Assembly (NCBI GenBank): GCA_964482235.1
Contig: CAYZWU010000010.1
Span: 74,392 to 138,391, forward strand
Length of the DNA: 64,000 nucleotides
Source of the DNA: an uncultured Phycisphaerales bacterium
Lineage (GTDB): Bacteria > Planctomycetota > B15-G4 > CAYZWU01
Direction of reading: 5' to 3'
The notes under the pieces were generated by a model. It was not told the DNA's origin and searched no databases. It saw only the letters and a program-made list of their open reading frames with translations. Shown one piece after another: positions 9,874 through 19,054 of this stretch (positions are counted from its first letter, which is position 1; each line of letters opens with the position of its first letter). The position numbers and the translations under genes are program-made.

Positions 9874-10790
9874 TTCCTCCCCCTTCTGAACAAGCTGATA
9901 TGGCCCGACGAGGCGTAGCCCCAGGCCATGCCCAATCCGAGCCCCACGGCATGGGCCGTGTTCGCGATGGGCCCCAGGGCGCCGCTGAGGCAGAGGAAGA
10001 ACCAGATTATCATCATCAGCACGATCCCCTTGTTGAGAAAGAAACCTGATCGGGGATCGAACTTGCCGCGGATCCAGACGAAACCGAGAAGCCCGTAGAC
10101 GACACCGGACATGCCGCCGAAGCTGGGGCCCGAGACGAGGTGCTGCCCCACGTTCGAGGCGATGCCGATCACGAGCACGAGCAGCGCCAGCCGGAGAGCA
10201 CCGAGGCGGTTCTCGACGAGGCCGCCCAGGTCCTTGAGCCAGAGCATGTTGAAGAGAAGGTGGATCAGTCCGTAATGGATGAAGATCGGCGTGAGGAGAC
10301 GCCAGACCTGACCGCTCGATATCTCGGGAAATCCCGGGAACCACCGGATGTATCCGCCGGAGATCTCGTACTCCGTGATGACGAAGGGCTGCAGGGCTTC
10401 GGCGTCTTTCCCCAGTTTCGACAGGACGGCCACGGCCACGCTGAGCACGATCAGGGTCAGGGTCAGCGGGGCGGGGGCTCGCGTCACGGGATGGGTCCAT
10501 GTGGTCCGGACATCGATCTGCCGGTTCCTCGCCCGCAGCGCCTTCGTCTGCTCGATCTTCAACCTGGCCCGCGCTTCCAGCGTCGCATCGGCGTATACCG
10601 GATCGTCCGGCTCTCTCAGGAAGCTGGCGAGGGACGCTTTCGCCTCGTCGATCTGGTCCTCCGACTCGACCCAGACGGCCCACAGGCCGCCCTGAATCGG
10701 TTCGACGCAGTTGCGGATCCCCTTTGCGTGGAGGTATTCACCGAACACCCTGGCGTGGCCTGCCGTCTCGATCTGTCCGATCTGCCGCAT
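9870..10790 (-). CDS. rhomboid family intramembrane serine protease
   Basis: Six TM helices with the catalytic GMSGVVYGL serine motif and a later His. Confidence 0.85.
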   Translation of the reverse strand: MRQIGQIETAGHARVFGEYLHAKGIRNCVEPIQGGLWAVWVESEDQIDEAKASLASFLREPDDPVYADATLEARARLKIEQTKALRARNRQIDVRTTWTHPVTRAPAPLTLTLIVLSVAVAVLSKLGKDAEALQPFVITEYEISGGYIRWFPGFPEISSGQVWRLLTPIFIHYGLIHLLFNMLWLKDLGGLVENRLGALRLALLVLVIGIASNVGQHLVSGPSFGGMSGVVYGLLGFVWIRGKFDPRSGFFLNKGIVLMMIIWFFLCLSGALGPIANTAHAVGLGLGMAWGYASSGHISLFRRGRK

Positions 10791-10796
10791 CGCTGC

Positions 10797-12818
10797 TCAA
10801 TCCCTGCTTATCAGCTTGATGTAATCGAGAGCGAAGATCTTGTCGTCCCTGGTCATCTTGTTCGCTCCCGTCAGCGTCACCTTGAGCTGATTATCCCCCT
10901 CGGCGAGCTGTGTGGTGAGAATATTCACGTCGCCGGTCATCATGGGGGCCGGAGTGAAGAGGTCGATCGTCTTCTCGAGCTTCACTCCGTTCAGGCTGAA
11001 CTGGAAGGCGCCGCGGTTGAAATTGCGGGACATGTTGAACTGGACCGTGTAGAGTCCCGACTTCTTCACCGGGAACGACAGGACGATCGAGTCGTCCGGC
11101 TCCGCGCCTTTCCAGTGCAGCACCGCGTTGCCGCTCCATCCGAAGCGCGTATCCTCTTGGGGGCCGACGCTGCCGCCCTTGGTCTCGAGAACGGCCAGGC
11201 TCTCACCCTCGATCACTCCCTTGATCCGGTAGGGATACTCGATCTCAGGGACGGGGCACCGCATCATCCGGATATCCGGATTGGGTCTGCCCATTGCGCC
11301 GGGGAAGCCGTACCAGTAGGTGGCTGCCGTGAAGTCGAGCTGCACCCGTTCCCAGTGCCAGACCTCCATGAGGAAGTCGAGGGACGTTGAGAAGGGGATG
11401 GCATCGAGGCTCCGCGTGCGTGTGTTCACGATGTGCCCGAACGAATCCGGCCCGTCGGCGCGCGGCTGGGAATGGAAGGGCGCCTCGAACCGCTCCGGCG
11501 TTCCGAAAGCGTATCCGTAATAGTCTTCCGTTCCCGTTCCGAAGATGGAGGGGAACTCCTCGCCGTCCACGCGGATCTTCTCGTCGCCTTCGCCCCACCA
11601 CGCCTTGGTGGGATTTATCACGGCGAGCGTGTCTCCCACCAGCACTCCCTTGCCCTTGATCATCACGTAGGGCCAGTCCCGCTTGACACCGGTATCGAGG
11701 GCCGCCTGTCTTCTCCAGTTTGTATGGAAATGCATGGAACGGTCGTCCCAGGTCCATGGCATCTGCGCGGTCTCCAACTCGACCTTCACGATGTTCGCCG
11801 AACCGTTCCAGACCTCGATCCTGCAGATCTTCTCGAAGGGCATGATCCACCTGCAGGTCATGCGGCCGTTCGCCTCGACGGTGCGCCACCAGTCATGGAA
11901 AGGGTTGAGCCCCGGCCCGGTGCCGAAGAAATCGCCCACCGGGCACCAGACGGTCATCGCGTCGTCGCAGTTCAAGACAAGGACCGTCTGCCTGAGGGCC
12001 GAGGGCAGATCGTCGGCTTCGAGGCGGAGAGAGAGCTCGCGGATCGCCGCCGGGCCGGCGATGGCTCTTCCGAACTTCTTTCCCGGCTTGAGCGTGTGCG
12101 ACAGGCTGGCGTCGCTGCCTTCCTGGAGCAGGCTCGGAGCAGGGCTCTCAAGCAGCTTCTCCCGCACGCGTTCCATAACGGGACGCGCCTCCTCGAAATC
12201 CTCGCCGGTGAAGCTCTCGAGAGGTGTGCCCTCGGGCCAGGTCCTGAAACCGATGTTGTACCAGAACCGGTCCTCCCGGTTTCTGGCAAGCTCGTAATCG
12301 GGTCCCTCGTAAGTGATCTTGCAGCTGCCGGCGTAGGGGATGGGCAGGTAGAAATTCAGGCCGCGCGCCCGTGTGGCGGCAAGGGGCGGACCGACCAGGG
12401 CCGTTCCGCCGAGCAGCTCCGCCGTGGGCGCCTGGATCACGGGATCCGGACCGCCGTCGATGTAGATTCGAATGATCCCCTGAGGCTTCTGAGCCGTTGC
12501 CCAGATCCGCGTCACGCATCCCGGTCCCTTGGCATCCATCAGAACCCACTCGGGGCGTCCGCGGTCCTCCTCCTTCCGCAGAAAGTTGCTCCAATCCTCG
12601 TTGGCGAACCATCCGTCCTTCCCGTTTTCGATCGACTTGCGGTCGTAGCTGCTGAACTGACCGGCTGTGTACGGGGGATCGGGAAATCGCACAAGGGATT
12701 CCCTTTCGATCATCTCGAGGAGAAGCGATTCAAAGGTGATCGGCTCTTCGCTGCTCTGGGCGATAGGGGCCGAGAATGCGGGGAAGAGGGCAAGATACAG
12801 GATGAGGATTCGATGCAT
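10797..12818 (-). CDS. multidomain GH172 (DUF2961) glycoside hydrolase, secreted
   Basis: Signal peptide MHRILILYLALFPAFSA, a DUF2961 core WWGEGDEKIRVDG..GTGTEDYYG, and extra N- and C-terminal domains. Confidence 0.8.
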   Translation of the reverse strand: MHRILILYLALFPAFSAPIAQSSEEPITFESLLLEMIERESLVRFPDPPYTAGQFSSYDRKSIENGKDGWFANEDWSNFLRKEEDRGRPEWVLMDAKGPGCVTRIWATAQKPQGIIRIYIDGGPDPVIQAPTAELLGGTALVGPPLAATRARGLNFYLPIPYAGSCKITYEGPDYELARNREDRFWYNIGFRTWPEGTPLESFTGEDFEEARPVMERVREKLLESPAPSLLQEGSDASLSHTLKPGKKFGRAIAGPAAIRELSLRLEADDLPSALRQTVLVLNCDDAMTVWCPVGDFFGTGPGLNPFHDWWRTVEANGRMTCRWIMPFEKICRIEVWNGSANIVKVELETAQMPWTWDDRSMHFHTNWRRQAALDTGVKRDWPYVMIKGKGVLVGDTLAVINPTKAWWGEGDEKIRVDGEEFPSIFGTGTEDYYGYAFGTPERFEAPFHSQPRADGPDSFGHIVNTRTRSLDAIPFSTSLDFLMEVWHWERVQLDFTAATYWYGFPGAMGRPNPDIRMMRCPVPEIEYPYRIKGVIEGESLAVLETKGGSVGPQEDTRFGWSGNAVLHWKGAEPDDSIVLSFPVKKSGLYTVQFNMSRNFNRGAFQFSLNGVKLEKTIDLFTPAPMMTGDVNILTTQLAEGDNQLKVTLTGANKMTRDDKIFALDYIKLISRD

Positions 12819-12939
12819 GGTTTTTCGCTTCCATCTCAAGGCCGTTGAAAAGTGCGACGGGATACTCCGGTCAGATGACCTTGCCAACGGGTTGTCAGCA
12901 TTCCGTCATATAGAGCCGCTGACTGCTCGAAGGGCTTAT

Positions 12940-13143
12940 CAGACCGTTGAAAATGTTTCGGGAATGACTTTTAACAGCCAGTGGCGGACTGTCTAAAAAG
13001 TCATTCGGGCCGAAAGCGGATCTTTTGCGCCGGCTCTGCATTGCCAAATCCTCAGCGAATCCACTGATTCGCCTGCGGTTTGGCGCCTTGATCCGACACA
13101 AAATCTCTCGCTTTCGATCGCGAAACACATTTTCAACGGCCTG
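12940..13143. mobile_element. MITE-like repeat family A, copy 2 (204 bp with 16-bp terminal inverted repeats CAGACCGTTGAAAATG / CATTTTCAACGGCCTG)
   Basis: Intergenic. Its core is an inverted copy of 1..112. It contains a 41-bp inverted-duplication insertion at 12954..12994. Confidence 0.6.
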
Positions 13144-13335
13144 TTATGGAGCTGTTTCAGAGGCCGAGAGCGACATTATACCACGGCGATGCCGCTGTCT
13201 CCGTCAATTTAACGTTAGACCGAAGCAGCCGAGTGTCGTGAATCGCCGGACAGGGTGTGCCCCGCCCGGTCGGGTCGGCAAATGGGAAGCCGACCGGGCG
13301 GGGGGAAGGGAGGACTCAGATATGTGTTCCCGTCA

Positions 13336-15189
13336 TCATTGTTCGATGATCTCCGATTGCTTGGCCACATTGAGCGACAGGCAGTTCGTCAGCCTGGACC
13401 CGACCAGAGCCTGGATCGGGATGCTGTCGCCCGGCTTCCATGAAACCGGAGCAGTGGCCGTAAGATCGAGGAGTCCGTTTTCAGGGATAGGACCCTGAAA
13501 GGTTTTCTGGATCTGTCCATCCAGGTAAAGATCGCCGTAATTCGTGTGCAGCGGTTGTGACCGAACGCCGGTGCCTCTGGCTATCAGAACCGGTTGTGTG
13601 CCTGGAAAACCGATCGTCTTGAGGTGGAACGTCTTCCCCGGGACGATTTCGCCGGTGAAGTAGATGTGCAGGTGCGATTCGTCGGCACCCATGTCGGCAA
13701 GGCCGCCGGCCGTGCGCGGATCGCCCTCGAAATCGAATTCCGGAAGGTGGGGAGCCGCCGCGGTTCCAGCGTCCCTGCAGGGTGAGCCGTAGAGAAGGTG
13801 GAAGTCGCCTGTCTCGGGCGCCGCGAAGAGCGGATCGTCCTCGATCATGGAGTCTCCCCAGTGCAGGAAAACATCGGGATCGACGTGGACAGGATAGATC
13901 CCGCCCTTGACGTTGCTGAAGTCGATCAGGAGAGAGGAACGTTCCATGCCCTTGCCGAGCCAGATCTCGGGGCCCGATGCCGCGCTGTTGTTCCAGAGGA
14001 TCGTGTTGACCACCCTGGGCCTCGAATCGCGGGAGAGGAGGCCGCCGCCTATCGTCTCCGCGCTGTTGTCGTAGAACGTGCAGTTCGTGATCCACGGCGT
14101 GGAGTAGAGGCAGTAGAAACCTCCGCCCTCCACGGCGGCGTTGCCCCTCACGATGCAGTTGGTGAGCAGGGGTGAAGATTCGAAGCAGCAGTGGATCGCT
14201 CCTCCATAGTAAGCCCAGTTCTCCTCGAAGAGGCAATCCCGGATCGGGGGAGAGGAGTGGGATTGAAGGTATATCGCGCCACCGAAACCCTCGAGCTCAG
14301 CCGCTTCATTGCCGCGGAATATATTCGCGACGATGCGGGGTGCACAGCTGAAGCAGAAGAGACCTCCTCCGTCGCCGAGGTGCGCGGTGGCGCGGTTGTT
14401 GACTATTTCATTGTCCGATATCGTTCCCGAATCGAGCAGCCAGCAGGTGATCCCGCCGCCGTGGCCGCTCGCGTTGCCCGAAACGACGTTGTCCTGGATC
14501 GTTGCCGCCAGGCCTTCGATGTAGAGACCGCCGCCGTAGTCTCCGGCCCGGTTGTCCTCAAGGCAGTTGCCATCGATCACGATATCCGTGCTTTCCCCGG
14601 ACTTGCAGATGGCGTAGATGCCGCCGCCGTCGATATCGGCGCTGTTGTCGAAGATGTGATTGTTCGTTATGGTCACCGTCTTGTCGCCACTGGTTTCGAT
14701 GTAGATCGCACCGCCCGTCTCGGACACCGAGTTCTCCGTGATCACGTTGTCGGTGATCGTGAGCTTGTGCTTGATGCACTTGATTCCCCCTCCATCCGTG
14801 CCCGATCCGTCTCGGATCGTGAATCCCTGGATCGTGCTGTTGGACTTCGAGACGTTTGCGAACTTGACGGCCGGCATCGATGCGCCGCTTCCGTCGATGA
14901 TCGTCGCCTCGGGACCGTCGGTGCTTCTCAATGTGATCGTCTTCTTCTTTATTTCCAGGTTTTCGACATAGACGCCCGGTTTTACGAGGACCGTGTTTCC
15001 GTTCCTGGCGACGTTGACGGCTTCCTGGATCGTGGGGAAGTCGTCGGGCACGATGATCGTCGGGCCGATGATCGGACCGGCTGTCGGCTCCTTGAACAGT
15101 TTCTGATATTCCTCATCACCGGATGCGGTCAAGGAGATGGAGAAAGTCATGATCAGGAGGACCGTTCGGATTGTTCGATTGAGCAACAT
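13336..15189 (-). CDS. secreted right-handed parallel beta-helix (PbH1) repeat protein
   Basis: Signal peptide followed by many GGGI..DN.I..N beta-helix rungs. Confidence 0.8.
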   Translation of the reverse strand: MLLNRTIRTVLLIMTFSISLTASGDEEYQKLFKEPTAGPIIGPTIIVPDDFPTIQEAVNVARNGNTVLVKPGVYVENLEIKKKTITLRSTDGPEATIIDGSGASMPAVKFANVSKSNSTIQGFTIRDGSGTDGGGIKCIKHKLTITDNVITENSVSETGGAIYIETSGDKTVTITNNHIFDNSADIDGGGIYAICKSGESTDIVIDGNCLEDNRAGDYGGGLYIEGLAATIQDNVVSGNASGHGGGITCWLLDSGTISDNEIVNNRATAHLGDGGGLFCFSCAPRIVANIFRGNEAAELEGFGGAIYLQSHSSPPIRDCLFEENWAYYGGAIHCCFESSPLLTNCIVRGNAAVEGGGFYCLYSTPWITNCTFYDNSAETIGGGLLSRDSRPRVVNTILWNNSAASGPEIWLGKGMERSSLLIDFSNVKGGIYPVHVDPDVFLHWGDSMIEDDPLFAAPETGDFHLLYGSPCRDAGTAAAPHLPEFDFEGDPRTAGGLADMGADESHLHIYFTGEIVPGKTFHLKTIGFPGTQPVLIARGTGVRSQPLHTNYGDLYLDGQIQKTFQGPIPENGLLDLTATAPVSWKPGDSIPIQALVGSRLTNCLSLNVAKQSEIIEQ

Positions 15190-15543
15190 GATTTCCTCCC
15201 TTCTGTCGGCAATGCCACAGCAGTACGTAACTCCAGAATCTGATGCTCCTGATGCAGAGGGTCAGGAGATGTCCTCCTGGTTCTCTGTAGTCGATCACAT
15301 CGCGTGAGGTAAAAGCGAATGGTGTGCCGGGCTCGAACTTTTTATCGGGCCTCGAGACGAGGTCCGGCAAGGAAGCCTTGCCAAGTCAGCTTCTGCAGGG
15401 CTGGTGCGAAGATTGAACGACTTGTCCGGGCAGGAAAAAAAACGGCAAGACGGACTGTGGTCAGCCAGGTGCGTGGAGCGATCCTCCCCCGGTCCTCCTT
15501 TCTGCTGTTACCTCCTTTTCCCCCGGTTACCGGTGCGTAACCT

Positions 15544-16233
15544 TCAAGGAGACGCCCTCTTCTTGCCGCCCTTTTTCGACGGCCTGCGGGGTTTGATGTC
15601 TCGCTTGCTGCAGTACTTCTCGATCACGCAGATATCGCAGCGGGGACCGATCGGCTTGCAGATGTTCTGGCCGTACTGGACGAAAAGGTCGTTGAATGCG
15701 TTCCAGTACCTGCGCGGGAGCTCCTCCCTCAGGACACGCTCCGTTTCATCGGGAGTCTTCGTGGTGACCCAGCCGATCCTGTTCGGGATCCGGTGGCAAT
15801 GGGTGTCGATGGGGAGGCCCGGCTTGCCGAAGCCGTAGACGATGACGATGTTGGCCGTCTTCCTTCCCACGCCGGGCAGAGAGAGAAGGTCGTTCATCGC
15901 GTCGGGAACGCGGCCGCCGTGCCGTTCGATCAGGAGCCTGCAGATCTCGATGATCGTCTTCGCCTTGGTGTTGTAGAAGCCCACAGGGTAGATCGTTTTC
16001 GCGATTGTCTCCGGATCGAGCCGCCGCATCGTCTCGGGAGTGCGAGCCAGTTCGAAGAGCCGCTCGGAGGCCGGTCCCGTGGTTTCGTCCCGCGTCCTTA
16101 GACTCAGGATGCAGCTGATAAGGACCTGGAAGGGATCGCGCGTTCTCTCCGCGATCTCCGTCACCGGTGGGACGGCGAATCCCGACTCACTGGAGAGCCT
16201 GTTCATGATGGCGCGGACATGCTCGAGAGCCAT
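15544..16233 (-). CDS. nth: endonuclease III
   Basis: HhH-GPD fold with the LPGVGRKTA motif and a C-terminal CxxxxxxCxxC..C [4Fe-4S] loop. Starts at MALEHV. Confidence 0.9.
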   Translation of the reverse strand: MALEHVRAIMNRLSSESGFAVPPVTEIAERTRDPFQVLISCILSLRTRDETTGPASERLFELARTPETMRRLDPETIAKTIYPVGFYNTKAKTIIEICRLLIERHGGRVPDAMNDLLSLPGVGRKTANIVIVYGFGKPGLPIDTHCHRIPNRIGWVTTKTPDETERVLREELPRRYWNAFNDLFVQYGQNICKPIGPRCDICVIEKYCSKRDIKPRRPSKKGGKKRASP

Positions 16234-17744
16234 CACGCACCTCCGTTCAGGGCTTTCTTCTCGTCGATCTTCCTGGTCACGTGCTTGAACAGGAGCAGGC
16301 CGATGAAAGCCGCGAAACCGATGGCCGTGAACACGAACCAGATGTAGTGGGCGTGCGCGTAGGCTTCGGGCATGGGACCCTGTCCCTGGACGGCGGCCTG
16401 CCACTGCTCGTACTGCGCCGGATCGATTTCCCTGATCTTCTCGGGATCGGGGCAGTAGGCGTCGAGCAGGTATCCCGAGATAACGAAACCGAAGAGCCAG
16501 GCAAAGAAGGTGGTGAGGTGCTGATATCCCAGGTAGAGCCCCACCTCGCCTTCCGGGGCCTGCTTGGAAGCATACTCGAGGAACTTCGGCGAGAGAAAGC
16601 ATTCCGCCAGTCCCTGGAGGCCGATGCCGATGATGATCGTCACGACGATCGGGTGAAGGGAGAAGAGCCCGAAGTCGACTTCCGGCCCGGTGATCGATTC
16701 GAGAACCGGGCTGAGAGCCATGACCAGTGCGGTGAAGGGGATGATGAAGAGGCCGATGCCGATGGCGTTCTCCGGCTTGAATCGGCGAACCATGTGCGTG
16801 ATCGGGATAACGAGAAGAACAACCACGGCGGGATTGACGTTGGCCAGGTACTCGGGCTTGGTGCCGGATCCGAGCAGCCGCTCGAGGTATGTGGGCATGG
16901 AGGCGTAGAGCTGGCCCTGGATCGCCCAGAATCCGGCAACGATCAGGATCAGGCTGAGGAAACGGAAGTTCTGCATCACCGTGAGGAGTCCCGCGAAGGC
17001 TTCCTTCACCGTCTTGCCCGTGCCTTTCATGTCGGGATTCTTGTAGAGGGCCATGACGAGCAGGAATGCACAGAACGACATGCCGGCGGCATAGAAGTTG
17101 ATGTACTGCAAACCGAGCCTGTCGTTCAGGTCGCCGGCGAGAAACTTCCCGGAGAACGATCCGATGTTGACCACCATGTAGAAGATCGACATGGCGCGGG
17201 CGCGGGTCTCGTTGGTGCTGCACTTGGCCGCCGTTCCCGAGATGACCGGCTTCACGATGGCGCCGCCGAACATGATGATGATGAGCGCCACGATCACGCA
17301 GAGCTTTCGCGGAACCTCGGGAAGGAGCATGATCTGCTCGCGCTCGTCGGCCGAGATGCTCGATCCCGGCTCGGCCGCCGCGGAGGAGGATGGAACCTCC
17401 CGGTCGATGGATTCCTCCTTTTTGGTGCCTCCGGTTCCGAGCAGGATGTATCCCACCGTGAGGAGCAGGAAGGCCATGATCAGTGCGCGGCGGAAGCTGA
17501 TCTTGTCCGCCATGATCCCCATGAACGTCGGGAGGAAGTAGAGGATCGAGGAGAAGAGGGCCGCCACCCAGCCGGCTTCCACGTCGGTGAAGCCGATCTC
17601 GATGTTCAGGTAGCGCACCAGGCTGATGAACATGCCGTAGTAGGCGGCCCGCTCGCAGAGCTCGGCCCCGTTGGCGATCCAGAAGGTACGCCCGAAGCCG
17701 CGCCTGGGTTTCCCACCATCCGCAGCGAAATCAGTGTCAGTCAT
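16233..17744 (-). CDS. POT/PTR2 family di-/tripeptide:proton symporter
   Basis: The ELCERAAYYGM PTR2 signature plus 12 or more TM helices. Confidence 0.85.
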   Translation of the reverse strand: MTDTDFAADGGKPRRGFGRTFWIANGAELCERAAYYGMFISLVRYLNIEIGFTDVEAGWVAALFSSILYFLPTFMGIMADKISFRRALIMAFLLLTVGYILLGTGGTKKEESIDREVPSSSAAAEPGSSISADEREQIMLLPEVPRKLCVIVALIIIMFGGAIVKPVISGTAAKCSTNETRARAMSIFYMVVNIGSFSGKFLAGDLNDRLGLQYINFYAAGMSFCAFLLVMALYKNPDMKGTGKTVKEAFAGLLTVMQNFRFLSLILIVAGFWAIQGQLYASMPTYLERLLGSGTKPEYLANVNPAVVVLLVIPITHMVRRFKPENAIGIGLFIIPFTALVMALSPVLESITGPEVDFGLFSLHPIVVTIIIGIGLQGLAECFLSPKFLEYASKQAPEGEVGLYLGYQHLTTFFAWLFGFVISGYLLDAYCPDPEKIREIDPAQYEQWQAAVQGQGPMPEAYAHAHYIWFVFTAIGFAAFIGLLLFKHVTRKIDEKKALNGGA

Positions 17745-17924
17745 CGTTTTTTCCGGTTTGCCGATCCGTCGCGGGGCAGGCCGGCGACGGCAGAATGCGG
17801 GCCAGTTTTGGATACACGAGCTGTTTCTTGTACAGAAAGGGGCGGTGGACCGTCAAGAGCGACGATGCGGTAAGCGTTTCTCCCCCGGATGCCTTTCTCA
17901 TTTTTTCAGACAAATTGAGGTACC

Positions 17925-18524
17925 ATGTCCGTTCCTGAGGGAGTGGAAACCGAAGTGGAGAGCGACAACGCACTGATCCGGGCTTTCAAGCGAGGAGACA
18001 GCCGGGCTTTCCGGGTTCTCTACACCCGGTACAAGGACCGCGCCTTCTTCTACGCCCTGGCCCTCACCGGCGACAGGCACGCGGCCGAGGAGGTGATGCA
18101 GGAGGCTTTCCTGGCCTTTCTGCGCAATCTCCGGAGCTTCGAGGCGAAGGCAGGGTTCCGCGGCTATCTGTTCACGGCGATACGCACGCGGGCCATCGAT
18201 GCGGAGAGGAGGGGAAGGGTCCGCCGGGAGGTTCTCGAGACCGATCGCCTCGAGCTTTTCGAGAGCTCCGGGACCGGGGACGCGGAGAATCGCGCCAGGG
18301 AGCTCGGGGCGGATGTCAGCAAGGCGCTGCTCGCCCTTCCCCGAAAGCAGCGCGAGGTCGTTTTGCTCAAGGTATTCGACGACATGACTTTCCGCGAGAT
18401 CGCCGGGCTCATCGGAAAGAGCGAAAACACGGTTGCCTCGCGTTACCGCTACGCCTGCGAGAAGCTCCGGGCGCGGCTCGAAGGGAGCGAAAAATGGAAA
18501 ACCGGGAGATCGGCAGCCTGCTGA
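17925..18524 (+). CDS. ECF sigma factor
   Basis: Sigma-70 regions 2 and 4 are both present; KVFDDMTFREIAGLIGKSENTV is the region-4 HTH. Confidence 0.85.
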   Translation: MSVPEGVETEVESDNALIRAFKRGDSRAFRVLYTRYKDRAFFYALALTGDRHAAEEVMQEAFLAFLRNLRSFEAKAGFRGYLFTAIRTRAIDAERRGRVRREVLETDRLELFESSGTGDAENRARELGADVSKALLALPRKQREVVLLKVFDDMTFREIAGLIGKSENTVASRYRYACEKLRARLEGSEKWKTGRSAAC

Positions 18525-19054
18525 GGAGCCTCACGCCGGCCAGGGCTCCCCAGGCTGTCGAAGAGCATGTGCTGCGTGTCGCGGATGCGGTCGTCCGCCG
18601 CGGGAGATCGCGCCTGCTCCGCCGCAGGCTGCTGCTCGCCGCGACCGCGGCCGCCGCCCTTGTGGTTGTTCTTCTCGAACCGGTCTTTGTCGTCCGCTCT
18701 CCGGTTCGACCTGCAGGCCGCGATACCGAGACGGCCCAGGTCCTTCCACGCACGCTCTCTCCGCGTTCCGAGGAGACGCTCGCCGGCCAGGCCGGGATCC
18801 TCGAGCTCAAGCTGGCGCGTCTCAAGCAGCTGGCCACTCACGTGGAGAGCCGCAGCAGCATCGAGGCCGACCTCGATCTGCTCGAAAAGGATCTAAAAAC
18901 AATCAAGAGTCTCTACCTGGATACCTTGCCGATCGAACAGGAGAACGGGAAAGGTGCTCAGGACAGGAAAAAGGGATCCAGTCATGAAGAAAACGGCAGG
19001 TTTCATTATCGCTTTGTTGTTGATCCTTTCCACGGCGGCGCTCGCCCAGGATAG
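18494..19054 (+). CDS. putative membrane anti-sigma factor
   Basis: It overlaps the sigma gene stop, has a single TM helix (LLLAATAAAALVVVLL), and has a periplasmic coiled segment. Confidence 0.55.
   Translation: MENREIGSLLRSLTPARAPQAVEEHVLRVADAVVRRGRSRLLRRRLLLAATAAAALVVVLLEPVFVVRSPVRPAGRDTETAQVLPRTLSPRSEETLAGQAGILELKLARLKQLATHVESRSSIEADLDLLEKDLKTIKSLYLDTLPIEQENGKGAQDRKKGSSHEENGRFHYRFVVDPFHGGARPG

Noticed and set aside
12895-13128. 77-aa ORF inside MITE-A copy 2, with a homologous frame in copy 1.
   Set aside because: All three nucleotide differences between the copies are non-synonymous, and copy 2 has a 41-bp in-frame insertion. This is consistent with a non-coding repeat.
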